A DNA stretch of 64,000 bases from Octopus vulgaris (lineage: Eukaryota). The translations under genes and the position numbers were made by a program. Below, one piece after another: positions 37,088 through 49,453 of this stretch (positions are counted from its first letter, which is position 1; each line of letters starts with the position of its first letter). Where the stretch lies: contig OX597834.1 of NCBI GenBank assembly GCA_951406725.2, positions 3,286,001 through 3,350,000 on the forward strand, in the 5' to 3' direction. Below the pieces are notes generated by a model, which ran no database searches, was not told the origin of the DNA, and saw only the letters and a program-made list of their open reading frames with translations.

Positions 37088-37539
37088 TTCATAATCTCCG
37101 ACAACTGCTACATTCGTACTTATGTTATATATAAAAGAGAGAGAGAGAGAGAGAATTTCACTAATTGTACGCTACACATTATTTCTGGATCAAATGGATT
37201 GGGCCTTGTGATATAACGGGACAAATTACATCAATACACCGAATTTGAACAATTTCGCTTAATTTTAAAATTTCAAAAGTAAAAACCAAACATAAACGAT
37301 TCCTTTAACATTTTTCTATTAATTCTTTTCTGCAAGAGTAAATAACAGATGAGAGTAGAGAAATCGTATTTTGTATTAAGTACGACACTGCGGCGCAGCA
37401 TCCAATGCTGTTACTGAATGGATGCTGTCTTTACTTGAATATTAAACAACGTGTCTTTGTGGTCGACGGTCAAAGGTTAAAAAAGAGGAGAAAGAACCAA
37501 GTTCGAATCTAAGAAAAAGCCTTCTTATCAATTAGTTTA

Positions 37540-37905
37540 CGACAATCAGTGTGTAAGTATTATTAATAGAAACTACATTGTATACATCGTGTCATTTTTC
37601 TACTCTATCTGTTTTGATGTGTTCAAAGATAAAAGGAAGAAAGTGAACAGAAGGAATTTTGGCCAAAGTAAAGAATTCGTACCCCGGGTGTTTCGGTTTA
37701 GGGTTTGGGTTAGGGCTTGGGTTACGCCGAAATTTTAGTAAAGTAACGATGTTGTCTTAATCCTTATCCGGTCTGTTGTCTTAATCCTTATCCGGTCTGT
37801 TGTCACATATGTAACAGAAGTGAGTTGAAAAACTTGCTTTAGATGACATTAACTATTGTCGTCTTAATAGTTCCACTGTTTTCCTTTCCACACTCCTTTT
37901 CAATT
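37540..37905 (+). promoter_or_regulatory. Conserved ZNF 5' module of ZNF-6 (donor and intron part)
   Basis: GTAAGTATTATTAATAG at 37553, GAAGTGAGTTGAAAAACTTGCTTTAG. Contains a telomere-like insert and a 24-bp tandem duplication (~37751-37804). Acceptor at 40381. Confidence 0.65.
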
Positions 37906-38884
37906 ACTAGCAAATCTACGATGGAGGGATAAGGGAAAGAAGTCATAACAGCAGTATGTATTGAGAAACGTTTAAACGGACTTCATAGATTTCTGAGTGA
38001 TGCCTTAGAGAGAAACCCCGTTATTGTTGGTGATACAGCATTCTGTTGCAGCGGCTATATATTGAGTGTTTGCGACTCAATGCCATATGATGACAATTCT
38101 CCCCCGAACTGAAACAGGATCCCAATCCTAACCTTATGAATGGTTATGTGCATCACTCCTAATGAAAGCCAAACCTTCCTTCGACCACTACACAAAGAGT
38201 ATTAAGACAAAATTGTTATTTAGATATACTTTTATTTTTAGTTGTTTACACTATTTTACGTTTGTTTATACTCTTATACATTCAAAGTCAACAAATTTCC
38301 ATATTTAAATTATGAATCATATTCGTTTTGATAATATCACTATAATTACAAAACTTCTTTTTAGTCAATATTTTCTGTTTAGTCGACACTAATTTTCAAA
38401 TTGCTGGAGTCTGTTGCTCTACTCATGGCGACGTATAACTGGCTGTGTGTAGACATCGGGATGGGTAAAAATACACCTACACGATCTAAAGTCTGGCCTT
38501 GTGCCTTGTTTGCTGTAAATGCACGAGAGGAATTTTTAGGGTTGCAAAAAATCAAACTAAGACTTATCTCTCACTGTTCTATGCGAATAATGCATGGATG
38601 TTCTGGTACCATGAGTTATTTTGATTGACAAAACTGAAATGTAAACAACAACCGTTTCAAATCTCAAGACTGACACGCTTCAATAACCACTAAATAATCA
38701 CACACACACTATATACTGACACAAGCTTTTCCCATTTTATTTTCACTATTAACTGTCCTCGCAACCCCCTTTGTATCTATGATGGGGCCACAGGCTATAC
38801 AATGAAAATCCAGAGTTACTCATGGTCGGTGAAATTTTAATAAAAATGCGAAGTTGGTTTATCAATTCGAAAATCGATGGCTAT

Positions 38885-39341
38885 GAAATAATCATACTTT
38901 CTGATCTTTTAATGCTAAAAACCTTCCTTTATGACCGTCTTTGTAATCCCGAAAAATATTGTAACCATTGGGCCAGCCGTCTGGTCGCGAAGAGGGAACA
39001 GACAAAGAGACGGACAGACATAACGCCCATCATAGTAAGATAGGAAATAAAAAGGGATACTATTGCAAATCTAAACCCTCTAAATTCACGAAGTATATGG
39101 GTGGGGATGTGGGGAATCCAGAGTTAATCCTCATCGCCAGAATTTTAGTAAAAAAAATCAAAGGTGATTTATTAATACAAAACTCAATATGCACTTAATA
39201 ATCATACTTTTTCACTTTTTTTTTCCGCTAAAAACCTTTCTGATTACCTCCTTCATAATAAAAAAAAAACATTGTGATCATTGGTCCAGCCGTTTCACCC
39301 TGAAGACAGAACAGACGGACATAACACTCATTATAGTTAGA
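38885..39341 (-). mobile_element. Two tandem related units, possibly non-autonomous Helitron-like
   Basis: 38885-39043 and 39195-39341 are homologous. On the minus strand they start TCT(T/A)ACTAT and then run through CTGT/CCGT microsatellite-like sequence. Confidence 0.35.
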
Positions 39342-39544
39342 CTTTGTGTATATATGTGTGTGTATTGTTGTGTGTAGGAAGAGTCCTTATGCCAATATTA
39401 ATAACCCACGCACTGACATAATTCCACTGCTTTATTATTAGTCAGTTGGGTGAATATGCAACCCACTTGTTTATGTGCATGTATGTATATTCGTGTATTT
39501 ATGTGTAAACACAAATACACGTATGTATACAGTATTATATATGA

Positions 39545-39858
39545 AGGTTCATGGCTCAGTGATTAGAGCATCAAGATCACAGTCACGAGGTAGTGAGTTC
39601 AGTTCCCGGACCAGGCTGTGTTCTTTCATGTTGCTCCACTTCACTCATCTGTAGACACAAGTTGTGACATCACTGGTGCCAAGCTGTATCGGCCCCTTTG
39701 CCTTTCCCTTGGATAACAACAGTGGAATGGACTGGGGAGGCTTATATACTTGGGCGACTGCTGGTCCTCCATAAACAATCTTGCCCGGGCTTGTGACTTG
39801 GAAGGGAATGTTCTTAGTGCAATCCCATGATCATTCACGCCTGAAGGGAGTCTTTACT
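39545..39858 (+). mobile_element. tRNA-derived SINE (third family)
   Basis: TGGCTCAGTGATTAGAGC A-box and GAGTTCAGTTCCC B-box, followed by a non-tRNA body. Confidence 0.6.
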
Positions 39859-40801
39859 CTGATGCACTCGGAGAGACACCTATATGTGTGAATGTATATC
39901 TTGGCATAGTTATGCAGATTGGCAACTGTTGTCAAACCTTCGAAACCATGCCTCCATGGAAGACAGGTGTTAAATGATGAGGATGATGATACATATACAC
40001 ATTGATACATAATGAAGCATGTATTGATGTACACACATCATACACTCTTTGTGCATGTATAAAACAAGCTGTGTATTGTCTCAGATGGGAAGTTGCTCAC
40101 TCAGTGTCTGGCAGAGCAGTTTTACTGTTGTGTTGGACAACAGGAGACTTCAAAGATGTTGAAATTTGGTAAAATGTAAGAAGTTGGCATTTCCACAGGT
40201 TCAAAGATATCAATGCATGTTTTGTCATCAGGAAAAAAAAAAACACGTGAATGAGGGCCGTTGTCCTGGTAAAGATTTATACCTATAGTTAATCAATATA
40301 GAATGTAATAAAATGTCCAGTTTTGAATGTCTGCAGTTTAAATATCCTCAATATTTTATATTTTATTCTCTTTTATTTCAGAATATCAGATGACATACTA
40401 ACAGGGAAATAGCTTTTGTGTGTGGCAGATGTACAGGTACAATAAACCCCAAAAATGTACAGAAAATAGACTCCAACTGCAAGTGGGGAAAAGAATTATT
40501 TACCTGAGGTCGATAGATGTTTATCATCTTTTAAAGACAAACAGATGTCATACAGAACAGATATGAGCCCTCATCATATAAATCCATGGTAGAATTACTG
40601 TGGAACATTGGCTCTGAACAGAATTTGTATTATAATGATTTGAAATTGAAATTAAAGCTGGTTTACAAAGGAATTTGCAACATCTTCCAATATTGACAAA
40701 AAATTACAGCTGATAGAAATATAGCGAAAGAAATCAGAATAAAAGATATAAATAAAGTGAAGAAGAACCTTTATATTTACTGTGGTGAGAGAGAAACAAG
40801 A

Positions 40802-41986
40802 ATGGAAGACGAATTGTGTGAGAAAACTATTAAATGTGAAGCAGAGTCTCAAATTATTGATTTCCCTGAGGATATAAAGGAAGAGAAAGAAAAGACATTA
40901 TATGAGTGTGATATGTGTAAGAGGACATTCTCTCAAAAGTCTAACTTAACTACTCATAAACGCATTCATACAGGAGAGAAACCATATCAGTGTGATATCT
41001 GTGATAAGTCATTTTGTCAGAAAGATGATCTAATTACTCATAAACACATTCATACAGGAGAGAAAAAATATCAGTGTGATATCTGTGGTAAATCTTTCTG
41101 TCAGAAAGGTGATCTAATTAGACACATACGCATTCATACAGGAGAGAAACCATATCAGTGTGAGATCTGTGGTAAATCATTTCCTCGGAAGAGTGAGTTA
41201 ACTCCTCACAAACGCATTCATACAGGAGAGAAGCCATACAGTTGTGATGTATGTGGTAAATCATTCTCTCAAAAAATTAACCTAGTTACTCACAAACACA
41301 TTCATACAGGTGAGAAACATTATCAGTGTGATATCTGTGGTAAATCATTTGCTACGAGTGATGATTTAAGAAGGCACAAACGTATTCATTCAGGAGAAAA
41401 GCCATATCACTGTGATATCTGTGGAAGATTATTTTCTGATTGTTCTAGCTTATCTAGACACAAACATATTCATACAAAGGAGAGGCCATATCATTGTGAC
41501 ATCTGTGGTAAATCGTTTCCTGCAACAAGAATTTTAAATATACATAAAGAACTTCATACAAGAGAGAAACCGTATCACTGTGATATCTGTAGTAAATCGT
41601 TCCCTTCACCTAGTTTCTTAACTAAACACAAACGCATTCATACTGGAGAGAAGCCATATGAGTGCGATGTGTGTGATAAATCGTTTTCCCTGAAGCATCA
41701 CTTAATAATTCACAAACGTATTCATACTGGAGATAAACCACATTGCTGTGATGTCTGTGGAAAATTGTTTTACCAGAACAGCCACTTAACTGCTCACAAA
41801 CGTACTCATACAGGAGAGAAACCATATCACTGTGATATCTGCAGTAGATTATTCTCTGATTACTCTACCTTATCTAGACACAAACTTGTTCACACAGGAG
41901 AGAAGCCGTATCATTGTAATATCTGTGATAAATCATTCTCTCAAAACAGCTCTTTATGGAAACACAAGCGTATTCATACAAAATAG
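40802..41986 (+). CDS. C2H2 zinc-finger protein ZNF-6 (13 fingers)
   Basis: Thirteen intact fingers. ATG at 40802 (MEDELCEKTIKCE). Confidence 0.94.
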   Translation: MEDELCEKTIKCEAESQIIDFPEDIKEEKEKTLYECDMCKRTFSQKSNLTTHKRIHTGEKPYQCDICDKSFCQKDDLITHKHIHTGEKKYQCDICGKSFCQKGDLIRHIRIHTGEKPYQCEICGKSFPRKSELTPHKRIHTGEKPYSCDVCGKSFSQKINLVTHKHIHTGEKHYQCDICGKSFATSDDLRRHKRIHSGEKPYHCDICGRLFSDCSSLSRHKHIHTKERPYHCDICGKSFPATRILNIHKELHTREKPYHCDICSKSFPSPSFLTKHKRIHTGEKPYECDVCDKSFSLKHHLIIHKRIHTGDKPHCCDVCGKLFYQNSHLTAHKRTHTGEKPYHCDICSRLFSDYSTLSRHKLVHTGEKPYHCNICDKSFSQNSSLWKHKRIHTK

Positions 41987-43269
41987 TAACGAGCTCATTA
42001 TCAGAATGGAGTTTGTGATAATTGCTGTGCAGGATGTAGAATATTTTCTCATGATAATCAAATGAATTTTTCCCACTTTTTCAGTTTCTTCAGTGAATAA
42101 TCTTCTGAAGACTTCCTAATATTCAGAAAACTTGCTGTAGAAACAAACAAGAAAAGACAAATTTACTCATCAAAACTTGGAAACAACACATTTACTGCAT
42201 TGTGTTTATCAAAACCATCGAAATTCACTGAATAAAAAATTACGCATGATACAACCAAAATATATTCTCCTTTCCAAGAAGATATCACATTATATTTTGT
42301 ATAGTTACGTAAATATATCTTTAGTGTGAGGTAACTTTCCTCTGTGATACGTTTAATAAAGCTTTCTTTCTCCAGATATATCTATATATATCTTCCATCT
42401 GATATATTTCTGGGAGGGAGAAAGTATACACTTTATTTATTTGACATTATGAGTAAATACCTGAGACACGTATTCTCTTCAATCTTGTTATAACATCACT
42501 TAAAATGTTAGAAATCATAGACTGGTGTCATCATCACCATCATCATCATTTGACATCTGGTTTCCAAGCTGCCTTGGATTCTGCACTCTTTGGGACTCCA
42601 ACTCTTTCTATTTTCGATTGTACTGTGTCTGAAGAAGTTTTGAGGATCCTTCTTGCTCGTTTATACCATTTAGACATTGTAATCATGGCTGGCAAATCAT
42701 TCTAACACCAATCCCTTCACACAGTGACCTGGGACAGTAAATGGACACTTAACAAAGGTCCAGAATACAGATATACAGCCTAGTCTCCATGTCTGGCAAC
42801 AGATTAACATCCATTTTGCCCTCCTAGCATCCATGCATGTATCTTCTCTAGCTCTGTATGTTACCAACCATTTACTGTCGTTTGTCATACCACGTGTGTG
42901 GTTCACAATCTGATAGCTTTAGCTTCTGCACGTTTCCCTCCATATGTTACGTATTCTGGATTCTTCTATACATTGTTTCGTGTATGCTACGTATATCCTG
43001 GTTTAAATGTTATTATGGATGTATCCCACCAAGGGACCAATTCTGATGTTGGTTTTGATTTCTACAGTTTTATCATTTCTTTTATTTCTAGTATGATTCC
43101 TTCATGACTTGACGGTTAAACTGAATCTTAATCTGCAAGTATGAATGTAACCTTAAACTTGATATAAATGCCAAATGAATGACGTAATTTGTGAATCATC
43201 ATCATAGTCATCAGTGTTTTAATGTCCATTGTACAAGCTGGTATGGGTTTGATATGTCTGTTACACAAG

Positions 43270-44020
43270 ATATCAGCACATTTTCTCACTTGTGAGGCCC
43301 AGGATCTTGAGTTCTGACCTCATCATTCTTTGTAAATATTCTTAATTACCTGAAATTGAAATAAATATGGTTTTGCTCTTTAATTATTCTCCTGTTATTC
43401 TAAATGTAGAACATTTAACCAAAACTTGTCCTGGCACAACCATAATCTATAGAATTCACAGACTTGATCAATGTCTGATAAAAGTTACACATTTTCCAAA
43501 CTGATCTTCAAAGCTGTTTACTTTGTATTTATATAATTTGTTGACATTATTTGATAGTAAATATTAGATATTATAGGTTATGATGAAGTGAATGAGAGAC
43601 GAACGATAAGATAACTTTATACATTAAATGCTAACGATGGTGGTTATGTAGTAAAGATGTGATGTAACCAATAGGTTGATGGTAGCCAGGTGAGAGGTAG
43701 TCTAAAGAAATCGATTTCCCAAGCATTGATACTGTTTCAGTCTGATAGCATATTGTAGTACAAAGATTCCCATGCGTGACACATTGTTATTTATGATGTC
43801 TAGAAGAAACAACAGAGCAACATACAAGTGGCAAATTAGACATTTTTATGGAAACAGTTATCAAGAAATACTTTGTTTATCCCCTCCAGTCTGTGACCAC
43901 CACTACAGCAGAACCAGATCCACCAGAGACGTACTACACCACTCACCTTATGTCTGACATAAGAACATCCAGACTAAGACATTGTGTTTTTTAATGGCAA
44001 ATGAATTAACATGTCTGTGT
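43270..44020 (+). repeat. Duplicated ZNF 3'-flank block (uninterrupted copy downstream of ZNF-6)
   Basis: Matches 35235-35341 plus 36459-37087, 26690-27150 (rc) and 49676-49828. The neighbouring 42990-43133 matches 12015-12160 (rc). Confidence 0.9.
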
Positions 44021-45460
44021 GTCAAAGATTTAGGGACATTCTAATTGAGAAATTTGATGAGAGGGAGGAGGAGTTCAGATTTGTGAAATGTTTCAGATTG
44101 CAAGACTGAGAGAAAACTGTGATGTCATAGGAGAGGAACGTGTCCACATGGATGATGGTGCACCACTTGCATTGAATGATTCTGCAAAGAAAGAGGTTTG
44201 GAGATGCCATTATGAAAGGCTGCTGAATGTGGAGAATGAATGGGAGGTGAAGAGTCTGCCAAATGTTGACCCAATTGAGGCACCAAGTATCCAAATCAAC
44301 AGTAGCTTGGTAGATAAAGGAATTAAGGATATGAAGACAGGGGAAGCCCCTGGCCCATCAGGCATCACTGCTGAGATGCTGAAAGTATCTGGTGGTGTGG
44401 ATTATGGTCTAGTCACCTGTATTGTAAATCAGGTGGTTCACGAAAGTCATACCCAAAGACTGGTGTAGCAGCACCATAGTCAACTGCTACAAAAGTGAAG
44501 GTGATGCCTTCGATAGGAATAATTACAGAGGCATCAAATTGTTGGATCAGATGAAAGTTATGGAGAGAATCATAGCCCAATTAGGATGAGATGCAGTTTG
44601 GCTTTGTGCCACAAAGAAGCACCACTGATGCTGGTAAGGCAGCTGCAGGAGAAATACATAACCAAGGATAAACCTCTGTACTTGGCTTTTGTTGACGGAG
44701 GAAGCTGTTGACAGGGTCCCCTGATCCCTTATCTGGTGGTCAATGTGGGAACTAGGGATAGACAAGCTATTGGTGACAGCTGTACAAGCCATGTACAGGG
44801 ACGCTGTCAGTAATGTGAGGGTTGGAAATAAGTTCATTGAAGAATTCAGGATATAAGTAGGGGTTCACCGAGGATCAATCCTCAGTCCCCTCTTGTTCAT
44901 CATAGTCCTCCAGGCAATAACAGAGGAATTTAAGACAGGCTGCACACTAGGAGCTCCCCTATGATGGTGACCTTGTTCTTTTAACTGAATCACTACCAGA
45001 ACAAGTGAAGAAATTTCAGGTGTGGAAGCAAAGTCTAGAATCAAAAGGTCTTAGAAAACCAAAGTCTTAGTAAGTAGGAAGGTAGACAAATCACAAATCC
45101 CTTCAGGTAGATGGCCTTGCTTGATCTGTAGAAAAGGGCATAGGTAGAAACTCCATAAGATACACCTGGTGTAAGCTTTGGACACCTAAGTGGTGCAGCA
45201 ATATCAGAGGAAGGTCAACTGGGAACATAGCTTTTTGTGTGGAGGATGCACAGGTAAAATAAACACTAAGAATGTACTGAAAATAGACTCCAAGGTGCCA
45301 GTGGGGTAAGCTAGAGGTAGTAGATAGCTTCCGTTATCTAGGTGACCAAATGAGTAGTGGAGATAGAGGCTCCAAGAGCATAGCTGTGAGAATAAGATTA
45401 GGCTGGGAAAAGTTCAGAGAGCTCCAACCTCTGCTGGCAACAAAGGGCCTCTCTCGGGCA
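44020..45460 (+). mobile_element. Decayed RTE LINE reverse-transcriptase region
   Basis: HYERLLNVENEW..MKTGEAPGPSGITAEMLK, NYRGIKLL, GVHRGSILSPLLFIIVL, with frameshifts. Confidence 0.85.
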
Positions 45461-45569
45461 TCATACAATCTGTGAAAGACAATATGAAACATGTCTTTAT
45501 TGTTGGCCATCCCCGATCAACGGTTAAAACAGCGATTAAAAAAGCCTTCTTTTCAATTGATTTACGACA

Positions 45570-47105
45570 ATTAATGTGTAAGTATTATTAATAGAAACAG
45601 CATCTACATTGTATAGGTCGTGTCATTTTCCCCTACTATATCTCTTGTGCTTTGATGTGTTCAAAGATTAAGGAAAGAAAGAGAATTATTAACTGATTTC
45701 ACTTTTATTTAGTCTACTTTATTTATGGCGAACCTTCGGTATAGGTACACACGTAACTTTGTTTACATTTCTGAAGATAAAAGAAACCCTTTTCTCCCAC
45801 CCCTAACCCTAACACAAACTCCCCATATATAAAAAAAAAACACTTTCTTGAAATGTATTCGGTACTTATACCGAAGTTACGCCTTATTCATTTTTACTCC
45901 TATAAACTTAATTCCAAATTTAGCCGTATTCAGCCTTGAAATACAAACATACGCGCAAGTCGTTGTAGGATCGACTACTTGCGATTAGCTAGCGCGGATG
46001 CACGAGTGCGCGCACTGTTCACTAGTAGTACCCGGTACTATTAACATAACTGCCAATTATAAACCCACGTGGGTTTATTTACATTTCTAACTCTAACCCC
46101 ACATATTAAAAAAACAAAACTAGTTGGTGCACAAACAATTGACATGCTTACTTGTATGTATGTATGTGTGTCTATGTTTGTATGTATGTCGTCGGTAAAA
46201 CGTAATTCCGAAAAAGACGCACACTCCAAGATATGAAGCAGGGTATTATGTAAAGCTAGATGAGAGCTCATAAGCCAAACGGGTTTGGGATATAATAATA
46301 ATAATAATAATAATGAAATTATTGTATTCAGTGCTCAGGTGCACCACGCCGTAAAGCTAAGCGCTTTATGGACGTGAAGCTCAGGGCAATCCTATAAACC
46401 TGCTTTATCTAACTTATATATAAAATGATCTACCTAAAATTCGAGATCATCTTTAATTACCTTGATTGTTTTTACGTCAAATAAAAATAATTTTAAGCCC
46501 ACCAATGCGAGGATGGTACTAATTACTTCAGCGGTGTAAAGAAATAACAGGTTCCTTCATCACGGTGGTCAGTGTGAATATTATTCCTAATAAAGACGCA
46601 AAACCTGAAATATTAGGGAAGGTCATTATTGGATCATATCGACTCCAGCACTTAACTGGAACTCGATTTTATCTATTCTGAAAGGAAGAAAGACAAAACT
46701 GATCTGGTTTGGATTTGAACTTCGAAAATGAAGAGACTGGCGACTATAATCTATCGTGACATCTTCGTCATTGGATCTCTATTAAGATGTAAGTATTATT
46801 GACAGAGACAACATCTACGTTGTATAAATTCTGTCATCTTCCTTCTACATCTGTTTGTTTGGAGGTGTTCAAAAATAAAGGAAAGGAAAACGATGTTTGT
46901 CTTAATCCCCAAACAGGTCGACTGTCGCATTTGTAATAGAAGTGAGTTGAAAAACTTGCTTTAGCCGACCTTGCCTCAATACTTTCCCTCTTTTCCTTTC
47001 CACTCTGCATTTCAATTATCGTTATCCCCCCCCCCCATATCTTAATACTAACGCAAAGAGAAAGTTCCTATTTCTTATTGTTTAGTCACCTTTTACCTTT
47101 ATTTC
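45570..47105 (+). promoter_or_regulatory. Two partial copies of the ZNF 5' module upstream of ZNF-7
   Basis: Donors GTAAGTATTATT at 45578 and 46789. Acceptor at 47808. Confidence 0.65.
45727..45883. mobile_element. MITE with GG-starting TIRs and an internal CCCTAA telomere-like motif
   Basis: GGCGAACCTTCGGTATAGGTAC / GTACTTATACCGAAGTTACGCC. Flanks TTATTTAT / TTATTCAT (7/8 TSD). Second copy at 57298-57475. Confidence 0.75.
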
Positions 47106-48181
47106 TCGCACCTGAACTTTACAAACTTTTCTCCAACTTCGCTAATTTAAAGTCATTTTGAGGATAATTACCGGTAGTCTAGCTGATAATTACAACGAAC
47201 AAAATTGATTTCTAATTAAAATATAAAAAACAACAACTGAGGTATTAAAATTCCTTTTAAAGTTCGAAGCCGTTCCATTCCAATATATTTTGGTGTTTTA
47301 CTGACATAAAGGAAATCCTGTAATTTCTCTGAGACAGATGTAGATTCCTCGTGGATAAAGATACAATCTGCTTTGATATATTAGAAAGAAGCAAGAGAAA
47401 TGTTATGTCAAACACTAACAAATGACTAAACATCGACTTTTTACATTGAGACCTGTTTTTATTCGTGATTTCTTATTTGTTTTCTCAAACGTTAATACAT
47501 TTGTGTTGAGCTGAGGTTTGTTGAATGTGTTACGTTGATTTTGTTTTGCTGAGAAAGTGAAGGAGGTTTGCGTGACATGCCTCTTCAGCAAGATTATCTG
47601 CTCTACTTCACTGCATGTTCTGATATTACATGTTTTCTCAGCGAAGAGAGAGAGAGAGAGAAGAAATAAGACGGATGAGTTCCATTGTCCAAGTAAAGGT
47701 TTATATCTACAGTTTATCGATATAGAAGTAACGATTTAAAGAGTTCACTGTTGAATGTCCTCAGTTTAAGCATCCTCGATATTTTATTTTGCTTCTCTTT
47801 TATTTCAGATCATCAGATGGCGTTCGCATAAAACAATTATATACTCGAGATCCATCAATATTTATCATCTTTTAATGACAAAGAGAAGATGTCATACAGA
47901 ACAGATACGAACCCTCATCATATAAATCCATGGTAGAATTACTGTGGAATATTGGCTCTGAATAGAATTTGTATTCAAATTGCTCTCAAATTCACAGACT
48001 GGAATTTGTATTATAATGATTTGGTATTGAAATAAAAGCTAAATTACAAAGGAATTTGCAGCATCTTCGAATATTGACAAAAATCACAGTTGATAGAAAT
48101 ATAGCCAAAGAAATTGGAATAAAATATATAAATAAAGTGAAGAAGAACCTTTATATTTACTGTGGTGAGAGAGAAACAAGA

Positions 48182-49453
48182 ATGGAAGACGAATTGTGTG
48201 AGAGAAAGATTAAATGTGAAGCAGAGTCTCAAATTATTGATTTCCCTGAGGATATAAAGAAAGAGAAAGAAAAGACATTATATGAGTGTGAGATCTGTAA
48301 TAAATCATTCTCTCTAAAGTCTAACTTAACTACTCATAAACGCATTCATACAGGAGAGAAACCATATCAGTGTGATATCTGTGGTAAATCATTTGGTCAG
48401 AAAGGTCACCTTATTGGTCACAAACGTATTCATACAGGAGAGAAACCATATCGCTGTGATATCTGTGGTAAATCATTTCCTCAAAGTTGTAACTTAACGA
48501 CTCACATACGCATTCATACAGGGGAGAAGCCACATCACCGTGATAACTTTGGTAAATCATCTTCTCAGAAAGGTAGACTAATTGGTCTCAAACACATTCA
48601 TAAAAAAGACAAAACCTTTAACTGTGATATCTGCGGTAAATCATTTCCTCAAAGTTGTGACTTAACCAATCACATACGCATTCATACAGGAGAGAAACCA
48701 TATCAGTGTGATATCTGTGATAAATCATTTTGTCAGAAAGGCCACCTTATTGGTCACAAACGTAGTCATACAGGAGAGAAACCATATCGCTGTGATATTT
48801 GTGGTAAAGCATTTAGTCTAAGTTGTAACTTAACTGTTCACATACGTACTCATACAGGGGAGAAGCCACATCATCGTGATAACTGTGGTAAATCATTTTG
48901 TCACAAAGGCAGCCCCATTAGTCACAAACACATTCATACAAACGACAAACCATATCATTGTGATATCTCTGGTAAATTGTTTCCTGCGCCAAAAATCGTA
49001 AATATACATGAACATCTTCATACAAGACCAAAACCGCATCATTGTGATATCTGTGGTAAATCTTTCCCTGTACCAAGTCACTTAGCTAAACACAAACGTG
49101 TTCACACAGGAGAGAAACCATATGAGTGTGATATCTGTAGTAAATCATTTTCTGGGAAGCATCACTTAGTGATTCACAGGCGTATTCATACTGGAGATAA
49201 ACCACATCGCTGTGATATCTGTGGAAAATTCTTTGCTCAGAACAGCCACTTAACTGCTCACAAACGTACTCATACAGGAGAGAAACCATTTCAGTGTGAA
49301 ATCTGCAGTAAATCATTTGCTCAAAATAGTGAATTAACTTGTCATAAACGTTCTCACACAGGAGAGAAGCCATATCTCTGTGACGTATGTGGTAAATCAT
49401 TCTCTCAAAAAGGCTACTTAACTAAACACAAGCGTATTCATACAATACAGTAA
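48182..49453 (+). CDS. C2H2 zinc-finger protein ZNF-7 (14 repeats; fingers 4, 8 and 9 lack Cys ligands)
   Basis: Open ORF. ATG at 48182. Leader nearly identical to ZNF-6. Confidence 0.92.
   Translation: MEDELCERKIKCEAESQIIDFPEDIKKEKEKTLYECEICNKSFSLKSNLTTHKRIHTGEKPYQCDICGKSFGQKGHLIGHKRIHTGEKPYRCDICGKSFPQSCNLTTHIRIHTGEKPHHRDNFGKSSSQKGRLIGLKHIHKKDKTFNCDICGKSFPQSCDLTNHIRIHTGEKPYQCDICDKSFCQKGHLIGHKRSHTGEKPYRCDICGKAFSLSCNLTVHIRTHTGEKPHHRDNCGKSFCHKGSPISHKHIHTNDKPYHCDISGKLFPAPKIVNIHEHLHTRPKPHHCDICGKSFPVPSHLAKHKRVHTGEKPYECDICSKSFSGKHHLVIHRRIHTGDKPHRCDICGKFFAQNSHLTAHKRTHTGEKPFQCEICSKSFAQNSELTCHKRSHTGEKPYLCDVCGKSFSQKGYLTKHKRIHTIQ

Noticed and set aside
36716-43957. Repeated 61-aa ORF M(C/R)DTLLFMMSRRNNRATYKWQ at 36858 and 43772
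   Set aside because: The similarity reflects the recent duplication of the 3'-flank block, with no coding hallmarks.
48056-48181. In-frame upstream extension of ZNF-7 (LQHLRILTKITVD...) as a possible extra domain
   Set aside because: It starts at a non-ATG codon, and the homologous segments in ZNF-2 and ZNF-6 contain stops or frameshifts, so it is treated as 5' UTR.
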